Source: an uncultured Bacteroidota bacterium (GTDB taxonomy: Bacteria > Bacteroidota > Bacteroidia > Flavobacteriales > Flavobacteriaceae). Taken from it: a stretch of 35,425 bases of DNA. Positions 34,794 to 35,425 of this stretch are shown piece by piece (within the stretch, counting starts at the first letter, position 1; each line of letters opens with the position of its first letter). The stretch covers positions 1 to 35,425 of the forward strand of contig CAIJFC010000110.1 of the NCBI GenBank assembly GCA_903819815.1. Reading direction: 5' to 3'. The notes below the pieces were generated by a model. The model was not told the DNA's origin. It made no database searches and worked only from the letters and a program-made list of their open reading frames with translations. The position numbers and the translations under genes are program-made.

Positions 34794-34801
34794 TATCTTT
34801 G
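34794..34801 (+). promoter_or_regulatory. -7 box (TATCTTTG) for the DUF3109-like gene
   Basis: Exact TAnnTTTG ending 4 nt before the ATG. Confidence 0.75.
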
Positions 34802-34805
34802 CGGC

Positions 34806-35372
34806 ATGTTTCAAATAGGAAAAACCATTGTATCGGAAGACATTCTTGGAAAAGAATTCGTGTGTAATTTATCAGCTTGTAAAGGAGCTTGTTGCGTTGA
34901 TGGAGATGCGGGAGCGCCTTTAAGTCAGGAAGAAACTTCAATTATGGAGACTATTTTTCCAAAAGTAAAACCCTTTTTAAGAAAAGAAGGAATTGAAGCC
35001 ATTGAAGCTCAAGGCACATGGACTAAAGGTAAAGAAGGCGATTTAGAAACGCCATTAGTGGACGATAAAGATTGCGCCTATGTGATTTATGACGGAGCTA
35101 CCGCACTCTGCGGAATTGAACAAGCCTACAACCAAGGAGTAATTGACTGGAAAAAACCTGTTTCTTGTCATTTATATCCAATTCGGGTGAAAGATTTTAC
35201 GGAATTTGCAGCCGTAAATTATGACAAATGGGAAATTTGTGACGACGCCTGTTCTTTAGGAAAAGAATTGGAAGTTCCGGTTTACAAATTTGTTAAGGAA
35301 GCACTAATTCGTCGTTTTGGCGAAGACTGGTATTTGGAACTTGAAAAAGTTGCCGAAGAAATTAAGAAATAA
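34806..35372 (+). CDS. DUF3109-family Cys-rich putative metal/Fe-S cluster protein
   Basis: FVCNLSACKGACCVDGDAGAPL, CGIE, KPVSCHLYPIR, W.IC..AC motifs. Confidence 0.85.
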   Translation: MFQIGKTIVSEDILGKEFVCNLSACKGACCVDGDAGAPLSQEETSIMETIFPKVKPFLRKEGIEAIEAQGTWTKGKEGDLETPLVDDKDCAYVIYDGATALCGIEQAYNQGVIDWKKPVSCHLYPIRVKDFTEFAAVNYDKWEICDDACSLGKELEVPVYKFVKEALIRRFGEDWYLELEKVAEEIKK

Positions 35373-35425
35373 TTTTCTACATTTTTAACCCTTGTTTTTT
35401 ATAAAACAAAAAAAATAAAAATCCT

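Overview
AT-rich bacterial chromosomal window, almost certainly from Flavobacterium or a close Flavobacteriaceae relative. This rests on TAnnTTTG -7 promoter boxes, the absence of Shine-Dalgarno motifs, T9SS genes and a split atp operon lacking atpD/atpC. In order, it contains: the 3' end of a DUF4254-like gene, a GT9 glycosyltransferase, a PaaE-like ferredoxin reductase, a DUF5687-like permease plus ABC ATPase, and a small membrane-protein gene bracketed by two copies of a nested 27-29 bp palindrome (a cassette-like unit). Then come sprE/porW, a bactofilin, two atpI-like genes, atpBEFHAG, a GNAT, queD and tRNA-Ala(GGC). These are followed by a four-gene T9SS cargo locus (type-B-CTD adhesin, porP/sprF, porE-like OmpA, second paralogous adhesin) and an uncharacterised 1136-aa outer-membrane protein with an SprA-like motif and an EF-hand-like loop. 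The window ends with aspartate kinase, an SSAT2-like GNAT, fbp, a HupE/UreJ protein, dCMP deaminase, an S41 protease, a small membrane protein, marC and a DUF3109-like gene. No transposase, integrase, CRISPR array or rRNA is visible. The strongest candidates for something new are the palindrome-flanked single-gene cassette, the giant SprA-like barrel, the module-shuffled T9SS adhesin pair, and the intergenic 7/8-mer arrays including an inverted one between atpA and atpG. All family assignments come from motif recognition and recall, not database searches.
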